This document shows positions 9,487 to 20,182 of a stretch of DNA of 64,000 bases, piece after piece. Positions within the stretch are counted from its first letter, which is position 1, and each line of letters opens with the position of its first letter. The translations under genes and the position numbers were made by a program. Below the pieces are notes generated by a model that worked only from the letters and a program-made list of their open reading frames with translations, did not search any database and was not told the DNA's origin. The stretch is taken from assembly GCF_044324785.1 (NCBI RefSeq), contig NZ_CP172127.1; one strand, given 5' to 3'. This DNA comes from Escherichia coli (lineage in GTDB: Bacteria; Pseudomonadota; Gammaproteobacteria; Enterobacterales; Enterobacteriaceae).

Positions 9487-11832
9487 ATGTCATCAACTAA
9501 TTTCAGCCAGATTGCAGCCTTCCTGTGGTCTGTCGCCGACCTGTTACGCGGCGATTTTAAACAATCACAATATGGACGAATTATTCTTCCTTTTACCCTT
9601 TTGCGTCGTCTGGAATGCGTACTCGAAACAACGAAAGACGCGGTCATTACCGAGGCGCAAAAAGTAAAAGCCATGAAACTGCCGGAGGAAGCCCAGGAGA
9701 AAATGATCCTGCGGGCGACTAATGGCCTCACGTTCTTCAATGCCTCAGCGATGGATCTCAGCAAAATGGGGCAAAATGGCATACAGGACAACCTGGAAAA
9801 CTACATCCAGTCGTTCTCTTCGGATGCCCGCGAAATTTTCGAACACTTCAAGTTCAGCGAGTTTGTCGGACAGCTGGCGGATGCAAACTTACTGTTCAAA
9901 GTGGTGCAAATATTCGCTAAAGCAGATTTATACCCGGAGCACGTCACCAACCACGATATGGGGCTGGTATTTGAGGAGCTGATCCGACGTTTTGCCGAGA
10001 GTTCTAACGAAACCGCCGGGGAGCACTTTACCCCGCGTGATATCGTCAATCTGACCACCTCGCTGGTGTTTTTCGATGATGATGATGCACTCAATAAAGA
10101 CGGCATCATCCGCACCATTTACGACCCAACAGCAGGAACCGGCGGCTTTCTCTCTTCCGGCATGGAGTACGTCCACAAACAAAACCCCAATGCCGTGATG
10201 CGCGCGTTTGGTCAGGAGTTAAACCCGGAATCCTACGCCATCTGCAAAGCCGACATGCTGATTAAGGGCCAGGACGTCAGCCTTATCAAACTCGGCAACA
10301 CCCTTTCCAACGATCAACTCCCCGCAGAAAAATTCGATTACATGCTCTCTAACCCACCTTTCGGCGTGGACTGGAAAAAGATCGAATGCGACATCAACGA
10401 CGAGCACAAACTCCAAGGTGCTGATGGCCGCTTTGGCCCCGGCCTGCCCCGCGTCTCCGACGGTTCGTTGCTGTTTCTGCTGCACCTGATCAGCAAAATG
10501 CGCGATGCCAAAAGCGGTGGTGGGCGGATCGGCATCATTCTTAATGGCTCTCCGTTATTCACCGGCGGCGCGGGCAGCGGTGAAAGCGAGATCCGCCGCT
10601 ACATTCTGGAAGCGGATTTGCTGGAAGGCATTATCGCCCTGCCCACCGACATGTTTTACAACACCGGTATCGCTACCTATGTGTGGATTTTGTCGAATAA
10701 AAAAGCGCCTGAGCGCAAGGGCAAAGTCCAGCTTATCGACGCTAGCAACCTGTGCGGCAAGATGCGTAAATCGCTGGGGTCAAAACGCAATATTCTCGGG
10801 GAGGAGGATATTGGTTTAATCACCCGCACGTTTGGCGATTTCGAACCCGTTGCCACCACTACGCTTGCGGCGTTAGGCCTGGAGAAAGCACCCGAACAAA
10901 AATCCAGCCGGGGACGCCAGCCCGCAACAACCAAAACCGAGGCGGCAAAAACTTTTGCCAGCAAAGTCTTTCACAGCACCGAGTTTGGCTATCGTCGCAT
11001 CACCGTTGAGCGCCCGTTGCGCCTGTCGGCTCAGATAAGTGATGACGCCATTGCCACATTGCGCTTTGCGCCGAAGCCGTTTATCGCTCCGATGGCGCAA
11101 CTGTATGACGCCTTTGCTTTCCAGTGGCAGGACGGTCATTACGGCGACTTAACAGCGGTAGAAAGTGAAGCCCGCGCCATTCTTAAAGCCGATTTTAGCG
11201 AGCTGAAAGAGAAGCAAATTAAAGATCTGCTCAACAGCAAATTATGGCTGGCCCAGCGCGGGTTAATGGAAAAAGCGCGGCGTATTCAGGCGGCGATGGG
11301 TATGCAGGCGGGCGGCAAAGACACCGTTAGCAATGACTTTAATCAGTTCCAGTTGACGCTGAAAGAGGCGTTCAAAACCGCAGGCGTGAAGCTGGATGCG
11401 AAAGAGAACAAGCAGTTTATTGATGCCATTACCTGCAAAAACCCGGATGCCGAACCAGTTATCAGCAAGGTACTGAAAGAAGCAGCCCAACCGTTGTACG
11501 GCGCGTTTGAGTACCACGGAAAGGTTGTGGAGTTTGAGCCGGATGGCGACCTGCGTGATAACGAGAATGTGCCGTTAAATCCGGCGGTATCTACCAGCGA
11601 GTTGATCGAGGGTTACTTCAAAGCAGAAGTATTGCCGCACGTCGCGGATGCGTGGATTAACGCCGATAAGCGCGATGCGAAAGATGGGGATATCGGGATT
11701 GTGGGGTATGAAATTCCGTTTAATCGCCATTTTTATGTTTATCAACCGCCAAGGCCGCTGGAGGAGATTGATGCGGATCTGGATGCGGTAAGTGCTGAAA
11801 TTATGAAACTGTTGCAGGAGGTACATTCCTGA
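9487..11832 (+). CDS. hsdM: Type I restriction-modification DNA methyltransferase subunit HsdM (N6-adenine, NPPF motif) with long C-terminal extension
   Basis: 781 aa from ATG 9487 (AAGGA upstream); AdoMet motif [10 protein letters not shown] and catalytic [11 protein letters not shown]; about 230 extra C-terminal residues compared with HsdM sizes I recall; stop overlaps hsdS start (TGATG). Confidence 0.85.
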   Translation: MSSTNFSQIAAFLWSVADLLRGDFKQSQYGRIILPFTLLRRLECVLETTKDAVITEAQKVKAMKLPEEAQEKMILRATNGLTFFNASAMDLSKMGQNGIQDNLENYIQSFSSDAREIFEHFKFSEFVGQLADANLLFKVVQIFAKADLYPEHVTNHDMGLVFEELIRRFAESSNETAGEHFTPRDIVNLTTSLVFFDDDDALNKDGIIRTIYDPTAGTGGFLSSGMEYVHKQNPNAVMRAFGQELNPESYAICKADMLIKGQDVSLIKLGNTLSNDQLPAEKFDYMLSNPPFGVDWKKIECDINDEHKLQGADGRFGPGLPRVSDGSLLFLLHLISKMRDAKSGGGRIGIILNGSPLFTGGAGSGESEIRRYILEADLLEGIIALPTDMFYNTGIATYVWILSNKKAPERKGKVQLIDASNLCGKMRKSLGSKRNILGEEDIGLITRTFGDFEPVATTTLAALGLEKAPEQKSSRGRQPATTKTEAAKTFASKVFHSTEFGYRRITVERPLRLSAQISDDAIATLRFAPKPFIAPMAQLYDAFAFQWQDGHYGDLTAVESEARAILKADFSELKEKQIKDLLNSKLWLAQRGLMEKARRIQAAMGMQAGGKDTVSNDFNQFQLTLKEAFKTAGVKLDAKENKQFIDAITCKNPDAEPVISKVLKEAAQPLYGAFEYHGKVVEFEPDGDLRDNENVPLNPAVSTSELIEGYFKAEVLPHVADAWINADKRDAKDGDIGIVGYEIPFNRHFYVYQPPRPLEEIDADLDAVSAEIMKLLQEVHS

Positions 11833-13115
11833 TGGCTACATACAAAAACTATCAACAAACCAATTTGTTAGGATTAGAAATACTTCCATCTCATTGGGAA
11901 GTAAAAAAAATTAAGCATCTATTTTCAATTGGTCGAGGTAGAGTCATATCTCAAGCGGAATTAGAAGATGAAGGTATGTATCCAGTATACTCATCGCAAA
12001 CACATAATGATGGATGCTTAGGTTATATTAATAGCTATGACTTCAATTGTGAGCAAATTACATGGACTACGGATGGTGCAAATGCTGGAACTGTTTTTCT
12101 TCGGAAAGGCAAATATAACTGCACAAATGTATGTGGAACATTACAACCAATAAATAAAGAAAACTTTTTACAATTTCATTTATATTGCTTGCAGTACATC
12201 AATCAATTTCATAAGCGCCCTGATACTAATGGGGCGAAGATAATGAATAATGAGATGGCCGAAGTATATATTCCACTACCTTCTAACCAAGAGCAATTAC
12301 GAATCACCACCTTCCTCGACCACGAAACCGCAAAAATCGATAACCTAATCGAGAAACAACAACAATTTATTGAACTATTGAAAGAAAAACGTCAGGCCGT
12401 GATTAGCCATGCGGTGACAAAAGGGCTAAATCCTGACGTGCCGATGAAAGATTCTGGAGTTGAGTGGTTGGGAGAAATGCCTGAACATTGGCATTTTACT
12501 CGAGCTAAATTTGTTTCAAACATATTTGTTCCGCAACGAAATAAGCCAGAGTTAAATGATGACATTGGTATTTTTTGGATAACAATGGAAAACATGAGTC
12601 AACCATATATAACATCTTCCTTTCAATATGTTTCTGACGTTGCAGCACTAAAATCAGGCTCAAAGATATTACCAAAAGGAGCCGTAATAGCCAGCTGCGT
12701 TGGTAATTTTGGAATTGCTGCAATCAATGAGGTCGATGTTATTATCAATCAACAATTGCAAGCATTTCAGACCTTAAGTATAAAGGCCGATTTTCTCATG
12801 GCTTTAGTTTCTATTTCTAAAAAGTATTTTGAAATCATTGGCACCGCTGCAACCCTTGCATATGTAAATAAAGAAGGTTTTGAAAATCTTCCTGTTGTTA
12901 TTCCATCGGAAAATGAACAAATTAATATTTGTAAATACATTAGAGATAAAAATAAAAAGTTTGAAATATTGATTGAGCGTTCCATGCACCAAATTGAGTT
13001 ACTCCAGGAACGCCGCACCGCCCTTATCTCCGCCGCCGTCACCGGCAAAATAGATCTCCGCAACTGGACCGCCCCCATCGCCAAAACGGAAGCACCCACG
13101 GAGGCCAGCGCATGA
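11832..13115 (+). CDS. hsdS: Type I restriction-modification specificity subunit HsdS
   Basis: 427 aa; two AT-rich variable regions (putative target-recognition domains) separated by a GC-richer central conserved block (LRITTFLDHETAKIDNLIEKQQQFIELLKEKRQAVISHAV) and a C-terminal conserved block (LLQERRTALISAAVTGKIDL); start/stop coupled to hsdM and hsdR. Confidence 0.8.
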   Translation: MATYKNYQQTNLLGLEILPSHWEVKKIKHLFSIGRGRVISQAELEDEGMYPVYSSQTHNDGCLGYINSYDFNCEQITWTTDGANAGTVFLRKGKYNCTNVCGTLQPINKENFLQFHLYCLQYINQFHKRPDTNGAKIMNNEMAEVYIPLPSNQEQLRITTFLDHETAKIDNLIEKQQQFIELLKEKRQAVISHAVTKGLNPDVPMKDSGVEWLGEMPEHWHFTRAKFVSNIFVPQRNKPELNDDIGIFWITMENMSQPYITSSFQYVSDVAALKSGSKILPKGAVIASCVGNFGIAAINEVDVIINQQLQAFQTLSIKADFLMALVSISKKYFEIIGTAATLAYVNKEGFENLPVVIPSENEQINICKYIRDKNKKFEILIERSMHQIELLQERRTALISAAVTGKIDLRNWTAPIAKTEAPTEASA

Positions 13116-16100
13116 ACAACGACATTACAAAAGAGCTCAACCTGCAAAACGACATCATCGCCCAGATGGTGGAAAAAGGCTGGATTGTCGGCAAAGGTGA
13201 CGGCTACGACCGGGAACGTGCGCTATACGCACAAGACGTTCTGCACTTTGTGCAAACCACCCAACCGCAAGAGTGGGAGAAATTCGCCCGCGTTTACCCC
13301 AACGACAACGAACGCCATTTCCTCGACGCGCTGGTTGCGCAGTTAAAAAAAGCCGACAGCAACGCCACCGACATCCAGTCGCGCACCTGGGGTACGCTCG
13401 GCGTACTTCGCCACGGACTGAAAATCCGCAATGCCCGTTTTTCGCTGTGTCAGTTTAAACCGGAACATAATCTCAACCCGGAAACGCTGGCGCGCTATCA
13501 GCAAAATATCTGCCGTATCGTGCCGGAACTGGTCTACAGCCCGTATGCCTCAAATAGCGTCTTTGCAGAAACGGGCGTGAAAGCCAAAAAATGGCGTATC
13601 GATCTGGTGCTGTTTATCAACGGCCTGCCGATTGCCACGCTGGAGCTGAAATCCGAATTTAAACAGGCGGTGCAGAACGCCATTGCCCAGTACAAAAAGA
13701 CCCGCCTGCCGAAGGATCCCGCGACCAATAAACCCGAACCGCTGCTGACCTTTAAGCGCGGCGCGCTGGTGCATTTTGCCGTCAGCCAGTATGACGTCTT
13801 TATGACCACCAAACTCGCGGGTGACAGCACCTTCTTCCTGCCGTTTAACAAAGGCACCAAAGACGGCGGCGCAGGCAACGAGATCCCCGAAGATACCCAC
13901 CGCTACGCCACAGATTATCTGTGGAATGAAGTGCTGCTGCCGGACAACTTATTAAAAATCCTCGCCAGTTTTGTCCATTTGCATATTGAAGAAAAAGAGG
14001 AGTGGAACGGGCTGAAAGCGAAGAAAGAGAGCCTGATTTTCCCGCGTTATCATCAGTGGGATGTGGTCAACAAACTGCTGGAGGCCGCGACGATTGAAGG
14101 AACCGGCCATAAATACCTGATCCAGCACAGCGCCGGTTCCGGTAAATCGAACTCCATTGCCTGGACCGCCCACCAGCTTTCTCGTCTGTACGACGTGAAC
14201 GGGGAAAAACAGTTCCACTCCATTATCGTGGTGACGGACCGCACGGTGCTGGACGACCAGCTTCAGGACACCATCTGGCAGTTCGAACATGCCGACGGCG
14301 TGGTCGGGCGCATCAATAACAGAGAGGGCGACGGCTCTAAATCGGAAAAGCTCGCCAACGCGCTGGAAAACTCGCAGCCGATAATCATCGTCACCATCCA
14401 GACATTCCCGTTCGTGCTGAAAGCCATCGAAAACAGCGTCAGCCTGAAGCAGCGTAAATACGCGGTGATTGCCGACGAAGCACACTCCTCGCAGAGCGGT
14501 TCTACCGCCCGTCAGCTTAAAGAAGTGCTGATGAGCGAAGAAATGGATGATGACTTGGTACTGTCGTCAGAAGATATCCTGGATGCGACCATTGCCGCCC
14601 GGAAAGGCAGCAGTAACCTGAACTACTACGCCTTTACCGCCACGCCAAAATCCAAAACCCTCGAACTTTTTGGTCGCCGTCCACGTCCCGATGAACCGGC
14701 GTCAAAAACCAATAAACCTGAGGCCTTCCACGTCTACTCCATGCGCCAGGCAATCGAAGAAGGCTTTATCCTCGATGTGCTGAAAAACTACACCAACTAC
14801 AAAGTGGCGTATCAGTTGCTGCAAAAGCTGGTAGACAAGGACCGCGAAGTCGACAGCAAGAAGGCAAAGATAAAGCTCAACCTGTGGGTGACACTGCACG
14901 ACCACAATATTTCGCAGAAGGTGAAGGTGATTGTGGAGCACTTCCGCAAACATGTGATGCATCTGCTTGGTGGCCAGGCCAAAGCGATGGTGGTCACCAG
15001 TTCGCGTAAAGCCGCCGTGCGCTATAAGCTGGCATTTGATAAATACATTAGCGAGAACAATTACCAGAAAATCAGCGCGATGGTGGCGTTTTCCGGGGAA
15101 GTTGAATTCCGGGAAGGCGACCATAACAGCCTGGCATTGTTAAACCAGAAATTTACTGAAATAAACATGAACCCCGGCCTAAAAGGGCGGGATATGCGCA
15201 AAGCCTTCGACAGCGATGATTATCAGGTCATGCTGGTTGCCAATAAATTCCAGACCGGTTTTGACCAGCCGAAGCTGTGCGCGATGTACGTGGATAAAGC
15301 CCTCGGCGGCGTCGAGTGCGTGCAGACGCTCTCCCGCCTGAACCGCACCTATCCGGGCAAAGCGGAATCAGGCACTTTTGTCCTCGATTTTTATAACGAT
15401 CCGGGCGAGATCCTCGGCGCATTCCAGCCCTATTTCCAGACGGCGGAACTGACCGATGTCAGCGATCCGCAGCAGGTATTCGATCTGTTTGAAAAACTGC
15501 GCGCCACGCAGATTTTTCAGTGGCATGAAGTCGAGCAGTTCTGCGAGGCGTACTTCATCAAAAATAAATCGAATGCGGCGATCAGTAATATCTGTAAACC
15601 GGCGGTCGAACGCTGGAAAAAGCGTTATCTGATGGCAATAGACGCCTATTTGACCGCCAAAGAGATGTTCGAGCGCACTAAAAAAACGGGCGATACGGTG
15701 TTAATAACCAATGCGGAAAACAGTTTTAAAGCCTGTAAGCAGGAGAAAGATCGTCTGGAGATTTTCAAGAAAGATCTCGGCAGCTTTGTTCGCTTTTATG
15801 AGTTTATGTCGCAAATCGTTGAGTACGATGACAAGGATCTGGAAAAGCTAAGCCTGTTTGCGCGCCATTTACGCCCACTGCTGCATGAGCAACGTCTGGA
15901 AGAGGATGAAATTGATCTCAGTAATGTGGAGATGAGTCACTATCGTTTATCGAAAATCCATGAGCAAGATTTACGCTTACAGGAAGAAACGTCTGACTAT
16001 ACGCTGGATGCAAGTAATGATATTGGTACGGCAAAAGCGAAAGATAAAAAAGAGGAGTTTTTATCGCAGGTGCTTTCTCGGATGAATGAATTATTCATTA

Positions 16101-16375
16101 GCGACCATTTGACCGACAAAGATATGATCAGCAATGCTTTTGCGGTGTATAACAAAATAACTGAAAATGAAAATGTTATGACACAAATTAAAAACAATCC
16201 GCCAGAACAAGCGATTCTTGGTGACTTCCTCCAGGCAGTTGATAATGCTGTAATGGACAGTAATGACGCTCGGCAAGAATTTATGTTGCAATATTTATCC
16301 GATCCAGCTCGGGCAAAGGGCTTTGCTTATCTGATGTTTGATATGCTAACGGGGAAAATTGCTTTGCCAACATAA
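13112..16375 (+). CDS. hsdR: Type I restriction endonuclease subunit HsdR (helicase-nuclease)
   Basis: 1087 aa; helicase motif I (HSAGSGKSNSIAW) and DEAH box (VIADEAHSSQSG); ATG overlaps hsdS stop (ATGA). Confidence 0.85.
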   Translation: MNNDITKELNLQNDIIAQMVEKGWIVGKGDGYDRERALYAQDVLHFVQTTQPQEWEKFARVYPNDNERHFLDALVAQLKKADSNATDIQSRTWGTLGVLRHGLKIRNARFSLCQFKPEHNLNPETLARYQQNICRIVPELVYSPYASNSVFAETGVKAKKWRIDLVLFINGLPIATLELKSEFKQAVQNAIAQYKKTRLPKDPATNKPEPLLTFKRGALVHFAVSQYDVFMTTKLAGDSTFFLPFNKGTKDGGAGNEIPEDTHRYATDYLWNEVLLPDNLLKILASFVHLHIEEKEEWNGLKAKKESLIFPRYHQWDVVNKLLEAATIEGTGHKYLIQHSAGSGKSNSIAWTAHQLSRLYDVNGEKQFHSIIVVTDRTVLDDQLQDTIWQFEHADGVVGRINNREGDGSKSEKLANALENSQPIIIVTIQTFPFVLKAIENSVSLKQRKYAVIADEAHSSQSGSTARQLKEVLMSEEMDDDLVLSSEDILDATIAARKGSSNLNYYAFTATPKSKTLELFGRRPRPDEPASKTNKPEAFHVYSMRQAIEEGFILDVLKNYTNYKVAYQLLQKLVDKDREVDSKKAKIKLNLWVTLHDHNISQKVKVIVEHFRKHVMHLLGGQAKAMVVTSSRKAAVRYKLAFDKYISENNYQKISAMVAFSGEVEFREGDHNSLALLNQKFTEINMNPGLKGRDMRKAFDSDDYQVMLVANKFQTGFDQPKLCAMYVDKALGGVECVQTLSRLNRTYPGKAESGTFVLDFYNDPGEILGAFQPYFQTAELTDVSDPQQVFDLFEKLRATQIFQWHEVEQFCEAYFIKNKSNAAISNICKPAVERWKKRYLMAIDAYLTAKEMFERTKKTGDTVLITNAENSFKACKQEKDRLEIFKKDLGSFVRFYEFMSQIVEYDDKDLEKLSLFARHLRPLLHEQRLEEDEIDLSNVEMSHYRLSKIHEQDLRLQEETSDYTLDASNDIGTAKAKDKKEEFLSQVLSRMNELFISDHLTDKDMISNAFAVYNKITENENVMTQIKNNPPEQAILGDFLQAVDNAVMDSNDARQEFMLQYLSDPARAKGFAYLMFDMLTGKIALPT

Positions 16376-16440
16376 AAATACGTTAATAGCCGGGGTCGTA
16401 CTTTCTACCCCGGCCATATTATTTACAATAAGGAATAGCT

Positions 16441-17154
16441 ATGCTGAAGATGATTAAAGATTTTAAATTCAAAAAATACATTAAAAAATTACGTGAAGAA
16501 GGTTTGTTATTTTATGTTTCTTTCGGGTTTATATTTACATTGTTAATGGAAGTTGATGATCGATTACCGTACTATCTTCAACAAGACTTCTTTTTTGATA
16601 CACTTATAGGATTTATGCCAATCAATATATTCTTTGTTTTGATTTGCACATATATATTTTTCAATGCCGTCCATGCGCTTATTTCACCCTATAAATTTCA
16701 AAGAATTGGTGAGAAATTCCTCTCTGAACTTGATAAAAGAACACAACAAATTGGCTTTATTATTTCATTCATATGTTTTGGCATGACTTTGTTTTGTGCA
16801 CTGGTGTGGTTGCTGTTTTTTGAGATGAATACTGAAAGTTACTACGCAAAATATACATTAATTTTTTTGGCTGTTTTTATCATTATGATTATGTTTTCTT
16901 CAGCAGTTAATCCAGTAATGAACAGAATATCACAAAAAATTAAGGAATCGGACTCACATGGAAATTCAAAAATAATTCTTATAATTATAATCATTACATT
17001 ATCGCTATTATTACCAATTGCGTGCATTATCAATAAAAATAAAACAATTGAAATCAATATCAAGAAAGAAACTTATCAGCAAATAAAAGAAAAAACAAAA
17101 ATGAAACCAGAGGATTATATCAAAAAATTGATTACTGATATTAAATTCAACTAA
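16441..17154 (+). CDS. Hypothetical AT-rich integral membrane protein (about 5 predicted TM segments) downstream of hsdR
   Basis: 237-aa ORF with AAGGA Shine-Dalgarno; very AT-rich by eye; hydrophobic stretches FYVSFGFIFTLLM, INIFFVLICTYIFF, IGFIISFICFGMTLFCALVWLLFF, LIFLAVFIIMIMF, IILIIIIITLSLLLPIACII; no recognisable family. Confidence 0.5.
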   Translation: MLKMIKDFKFKKYIKKLREEGLLFYVSFGFIFTLLMEVDDRLPYYLQQDFFFDTLIGFMPINIFFVLICTYIFFNAVHALISPYKFQRIGEKFLSELDKRTQQIGFIISFICFGMTLFCALVWLLFFEMNTESYYAKYTLIFLAVFIIMIMFSSAVNPVMNRISQKIKESDSHGNSKIILIIIIITLSLLLPIACIINKNKTIEINIKKETYQQIKEKTKMKPEDYIKKLITDIKFN

Positions 17155-17158
17155 TATC

Positions 17159-17192
17159 TATATGTACCCTGGTTTCTTCCAGGGTACATATA
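17159..17192. terminator. Perfect 14-bp-stem hairpin between convergent membrane-protein gene and yjiS (candidate bidirectional terminator)
   Basis: TATATGTACCCTGG tttctt CCAGGGTACATATA. Confidence 0.4.
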
Positions 17193-17229
17193 AAAAGTTA
17201 ATATCCTGATTTATTCTCAACATCCTCTA

Positions 17230-17394
17230 TCACTCCACATCCTCCCTGCGTAACCCAATATCCCTCAACCGCTCATCACTCATCTGCTGTAACACCCGCC
17301 GGGCCTGCATTTGCCGCCGCCAACGCCTCACTGCCTGCCAGAGTTGCACAAGTCCAATAAACGGTGCTTTAGCTTTGTTTTCGTGAAATTCCAT
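17230..17394 (-). CDS. yjiS: DUF1127 small protein YjiS
   Basis: Minus-strand 54-aa ORF MEFHENKAKAPFIGLVQLWQAVRRWRRQMQARRVLQQMSDERLRDIGLRREDVE; below the 60-aa ORF-track cut-off; matches YjiS as recalled. Confidence 0.75.
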   Translation of the reverse strand: MEFHENKAKAPFIGLVQLWQAVRRWRRQMQARRVLQQMSDERLRDIGLRREDVE

Positions 17395-17570
17395 CTGCTG
17401 CCTCCTCATCTTTCAGAGGCTTCATCATCCGCCTTCTGGCAGTTCACAATACAGATGCAAATATTAGTTTTATTTAACATACAGACAGGTTAAAACAGCA
17501 TCTGCATCCGGTTTTTTAGCCTCATCTGTACCGGTTTTTCTTTCTGTATGGTCCAAATAAGGAATACAGC

Positions 17571-18983
17571 ATGACGCGTTATCAACATCTGGCAACTCTG
17601 CTTGCCGAGCGGATTGAGCAAGGGCTGTATCGTCACGGGGAGAAATTGCCGTCGGTGCGCAGCTTAAGTCAGGAGCACGGCGTCAGCATCAGCACCGTGC
17701 AGCAGGCGTATCAGACGCTGGAGACGATGAAGCTCATCACCCCACAGCCGCGTTCGGGTTATTTTGTCGCACAACGTAAAGCCCAGCCGCCAGTACCGCC
17801 GATGACGCGTCCGGTGCAGCGCCCGGTGGAAATTACCCAGTGGGATCAGGTGCTGGATATGCTGGAGGCGCATAGCGACAGTTCCATTGTTCCGTTAAGC
17901 AAAAGCACGCCGGATGTCGAAACGCCCAGCCTGAAACCGCTCTGGCGGGAGCTAAGCCGGGTGGTACAGCATAATCTGCAAACCGTTCTCGGTTATGACT
18001 TGCTAGCCGGTCAGCGAGTGTTGCGAGAGCAGATTGCCCGCCTGATGCTCGACAGCGGCTCGGTGGTCACCGCCGATGACATCATCATTACCAGCGGCTG
18101 CCATAACTCGATGTCTCTGGCGTTAATGGCGGTGTGTAAACCGGGCGATATTGTCGCGGTCGAATCCCCCTGTTATTACGGTTCGATGCAGATGCTGCGC
18201 GGCATGGGCGTGAAAGTGATTGAAATCCCCACCGATCCAGAAACAGGCATCAGCGTTGAAGCGCTGGAACTGGCGCTGGAACAGTGGCCGATTAAAGGCA
18301 TCATTCTGGTGCCAAACTGTAATAATCCGCTGGGATTTATTATGCCGGACGCGCGCAAACGGGCCGTTCTCTCTCTCGCTCAGCGTCATGATATTGTGAT
18401 TTTTGAAGATGATGTCTACGGCGAACTGGCAACGGAGTATCCGCGCCCGCGGACCATTCATTCCTGGGATATCGACGGGCGAGTGCTGTTGTGCAGCTCG
18501 TTCAGTAAAAGTATTGCTCCAGGCCTGCGCGTGGGTTGGGTCGCACCGGGGCGTTATCACGATAAACTGATGCATATGAAATACGCCATCAGCAGCTTTA
18601 ATGTGCCGTCCACGCAAATGGCGGCGGCAACGTTTGTGCTGGAAGGTCACTATCATCGCCATATCCGGCGGATGCGGCAGATCTATCAGCGCAATTTGGC
18701 GCTTTATACCTGCTGGATACGGGAATATTTTCCCTGCGAAATCTGTATTACGCGCCCGAAAGGCGGATTTTTACTGTGGATCGAATTGCCTGAACAGGTC
18801 GATATGGTCTGCGTCGCGCGGCAGCTGTACCGCATGAAAATCCAGGTGGCGGCAGGCTCGATTTTCTCGGCTTCCGGTAAATACCGTAATTGTCTGCGCA
18901 TCAACTGCGCTTTGCCGCTCAGCGAAACCTATCGCGAAGCACTGAAGCAAATTGGCGAAGCCGTGTATCGGGCAATGGAATGA
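17571..18983 (+). CDS. yjiR: MocR/GabR-family regulator (GntR-type HTH fused to aminotransferase-like PLP domain)
   Basis: 470 aa; N-terminal HTH (LPSVRSLSQEHGVSISTVQQAYQTLE) followed by aminotransferase fold-type I region. Confidence 0.85.
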   Translation: MTRYQHLATLLAERIEQGLYRHGEKLPSVRSLSQEHGVSISTVQQAYQTLETMKLITPQPRSGYFVAQRKAQPPVPPMTRPVQRPVEITQWDQVLDMLEAHSDSSIVPLSKSTPDVETPSLKPLWRELSRVVQHNLQTVLGYDLLAGQRVLREQIARLMLDSGSVVTADDIIITSGCHNSMSLALMAVCKPGDIVAVESPCYYGSMQMLRGMGVKVIEIPTDPETGISVEALELALEQWPIKGIILVPNCNNPLGFIMPDARKRAVLSLAQRHDIVIFEDDVYGELATEYPRPRTIHSWDIDGRVLLCSSFSKSIAPGLRVGWVAPGRYHDKLMHMKYAISSFNVPSTQMAAATFVLEGHYHRHIRRMRQIYQRNLALYTCWIREYFPCEICITRPKGGFLLWIELPEQVDMVCVARQLYRMKIQVAAGSIFSASGKYRNCLRINCALPLSETYREALKQIGEAVYRAME

Positions 18984-19100
18984 ATTCAAAATAGTGGCGA
19001 GCCCCCTGATTTCCTCTCACGAATAGCGTGTGACTCGTTTTATCTTTGCAGGGTCATCTCCACGTTCCAGCATGGCTTAGGCAAAATGCGCTTTGTTCAT

Positions 19101-19198
19101 GCCGGATGCCATGTGAACGCCTTACCAGGTCTACAAAATTTTTAAAGTTCAATATATTGAATGGGTTATGTAGACCTGATAAGCGTAGCGCATCAGGC
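19101..19198. repeat. REP/BIME-type repetitive extragenic palindromes (two inverted copies)
   Basis: GCCGGATGCCATGTGAACGCCTTACCAGGTCTAC and GTAGACCTGATAAGCGTAGCGCATCAGGC match the enterobacterial REP consensus. Confidence 0.6.
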
Positions 19199-19225
19199 TG
19201 CTTTGCGTTTGTCATCAGTCTCTGA

Positions 19226-20182
19226 TTAGTACTCGATCCATGGATCGCGCTTGCTTTCAGGCAAGGGCTGCTCTAATGCCTGCATTTGCTCTGCCGAAAG
19301 TCCGGTATATCGTTGTATCCATTCAGGATCCGCCCCATTCTGCAACAACAATCGGAGGAGGCTCCGTTCCCCTTCTACTTTCCCTTCTTTCCTCCCCCTC
19401 TCCCTTCCCAACAGCCATCCATCATTATGAATTCGCTCTGCAATCGTCATTATTCGCTCCCTTTGTTGTGGCATTCGACTGGTTAGTTCGCTGATAAACT
19501 CTTTAAAACGCGCTTCATCGCCAGTCAGTAAAATGTAATTTAACAGCGCAGTTATCTGGCTGTCATTAGCACACTCTGTAACCAGTAATATTACCAGTTG
19601 ATCGATAAGCCCCATCAGATCGCGCTGGCGAATATGCTTTTGGATCAACTCCAACAGGGCGACTCTGCGGTGCTGCACAATCTCGTCGTCTGGCACGACA
19701 GTGACATCCACCAGCGGGAACGCTGCAGTATAAAGCTTCCGTGCAGTAGTCGGGTCGGCAAATTCGTCCAGCCAGCACAGGGACCAGGGATAAGGACTAC
19801 GGCTACCGTGATAAAACAGCATCGGGATGACCAGCGGTAGCGGCCGGCGTTTATCATGTTCGATATGGCGCTGCATCACCGCCATGGAATATCGCATCAG
19901 GCGAAAGGCCATATGGATATCCTCGCGGCTCTGATGTTCAATCACTACGTAAATATAACCATCACCTTCACGGGTCTTTACCGACCACAGAATATCGGAG
20001 TGTAGCGCCCGCAATTTTTCATCGACGAAGCTGGCGGATTCCAGTTTTAAGCTGTCGAGATCGCACAATTCACGTAAATCTATTGGTAAGTGGATCTCCA
20101 TAAAATCCCGCGCGGTGTCAGGGTGGGTGAGAAAGGATTTAAATAATGCGTCATGCGGCGTACTGGTCGTGAAGTTTGTCAT
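19226..20182 (-). CDS. rpnD: Rpn-family (YhgA-like) PD-(D/E)xK recombination-promoting nuclease, apparently intact
   Basis: 318-aa uninterrupted [36 protein letters not shown]... typical of the Rpn/YhgA family; position matches the K-12 yjiP/yjiQ locus. Confidence 0.75.
   Translation of the reverse strand: MTNFTTSTPHDALFKSFLTHPDTARDFMEIHLPIDLRELCDLDSLKLESASFVDEKLRALHSDILWSVKTREGDGYIYVVIEHQSREDIHMAFRLMRYSMAVMQRHIEHDKRRPLPLVIPMLFYHGSRSPYPWSLCWLDEFADPTTARKLYTAAFPLVDVTVVPDDEIVQHRRVALLELIQKHIRQRDLMGLIDQLVILLVTECANDSQITALLNYILLTGDEARFKEFISELTSRMPQQRERIMTIAERIHNDGWLLGRERGRKEGKVEGERSLLRLLLQNGADPEWIQRYTGLSAEQMQALEQPLPESKRDPWIEY

Noticed and set aside
9372-9791. 139-aa minus-strand ORF spanning the hsdM promoter and start
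   Set aside because: Overlaps the well-supported hsdM start and its Shine-Dalgarno; no ribosome-binding site of its own.
17311-17493. 60-aa plus-strand ORF
   Set aside because: Antisense to and overlapping yjiS, which has a recognisable product; no Shine-Dalgarno.
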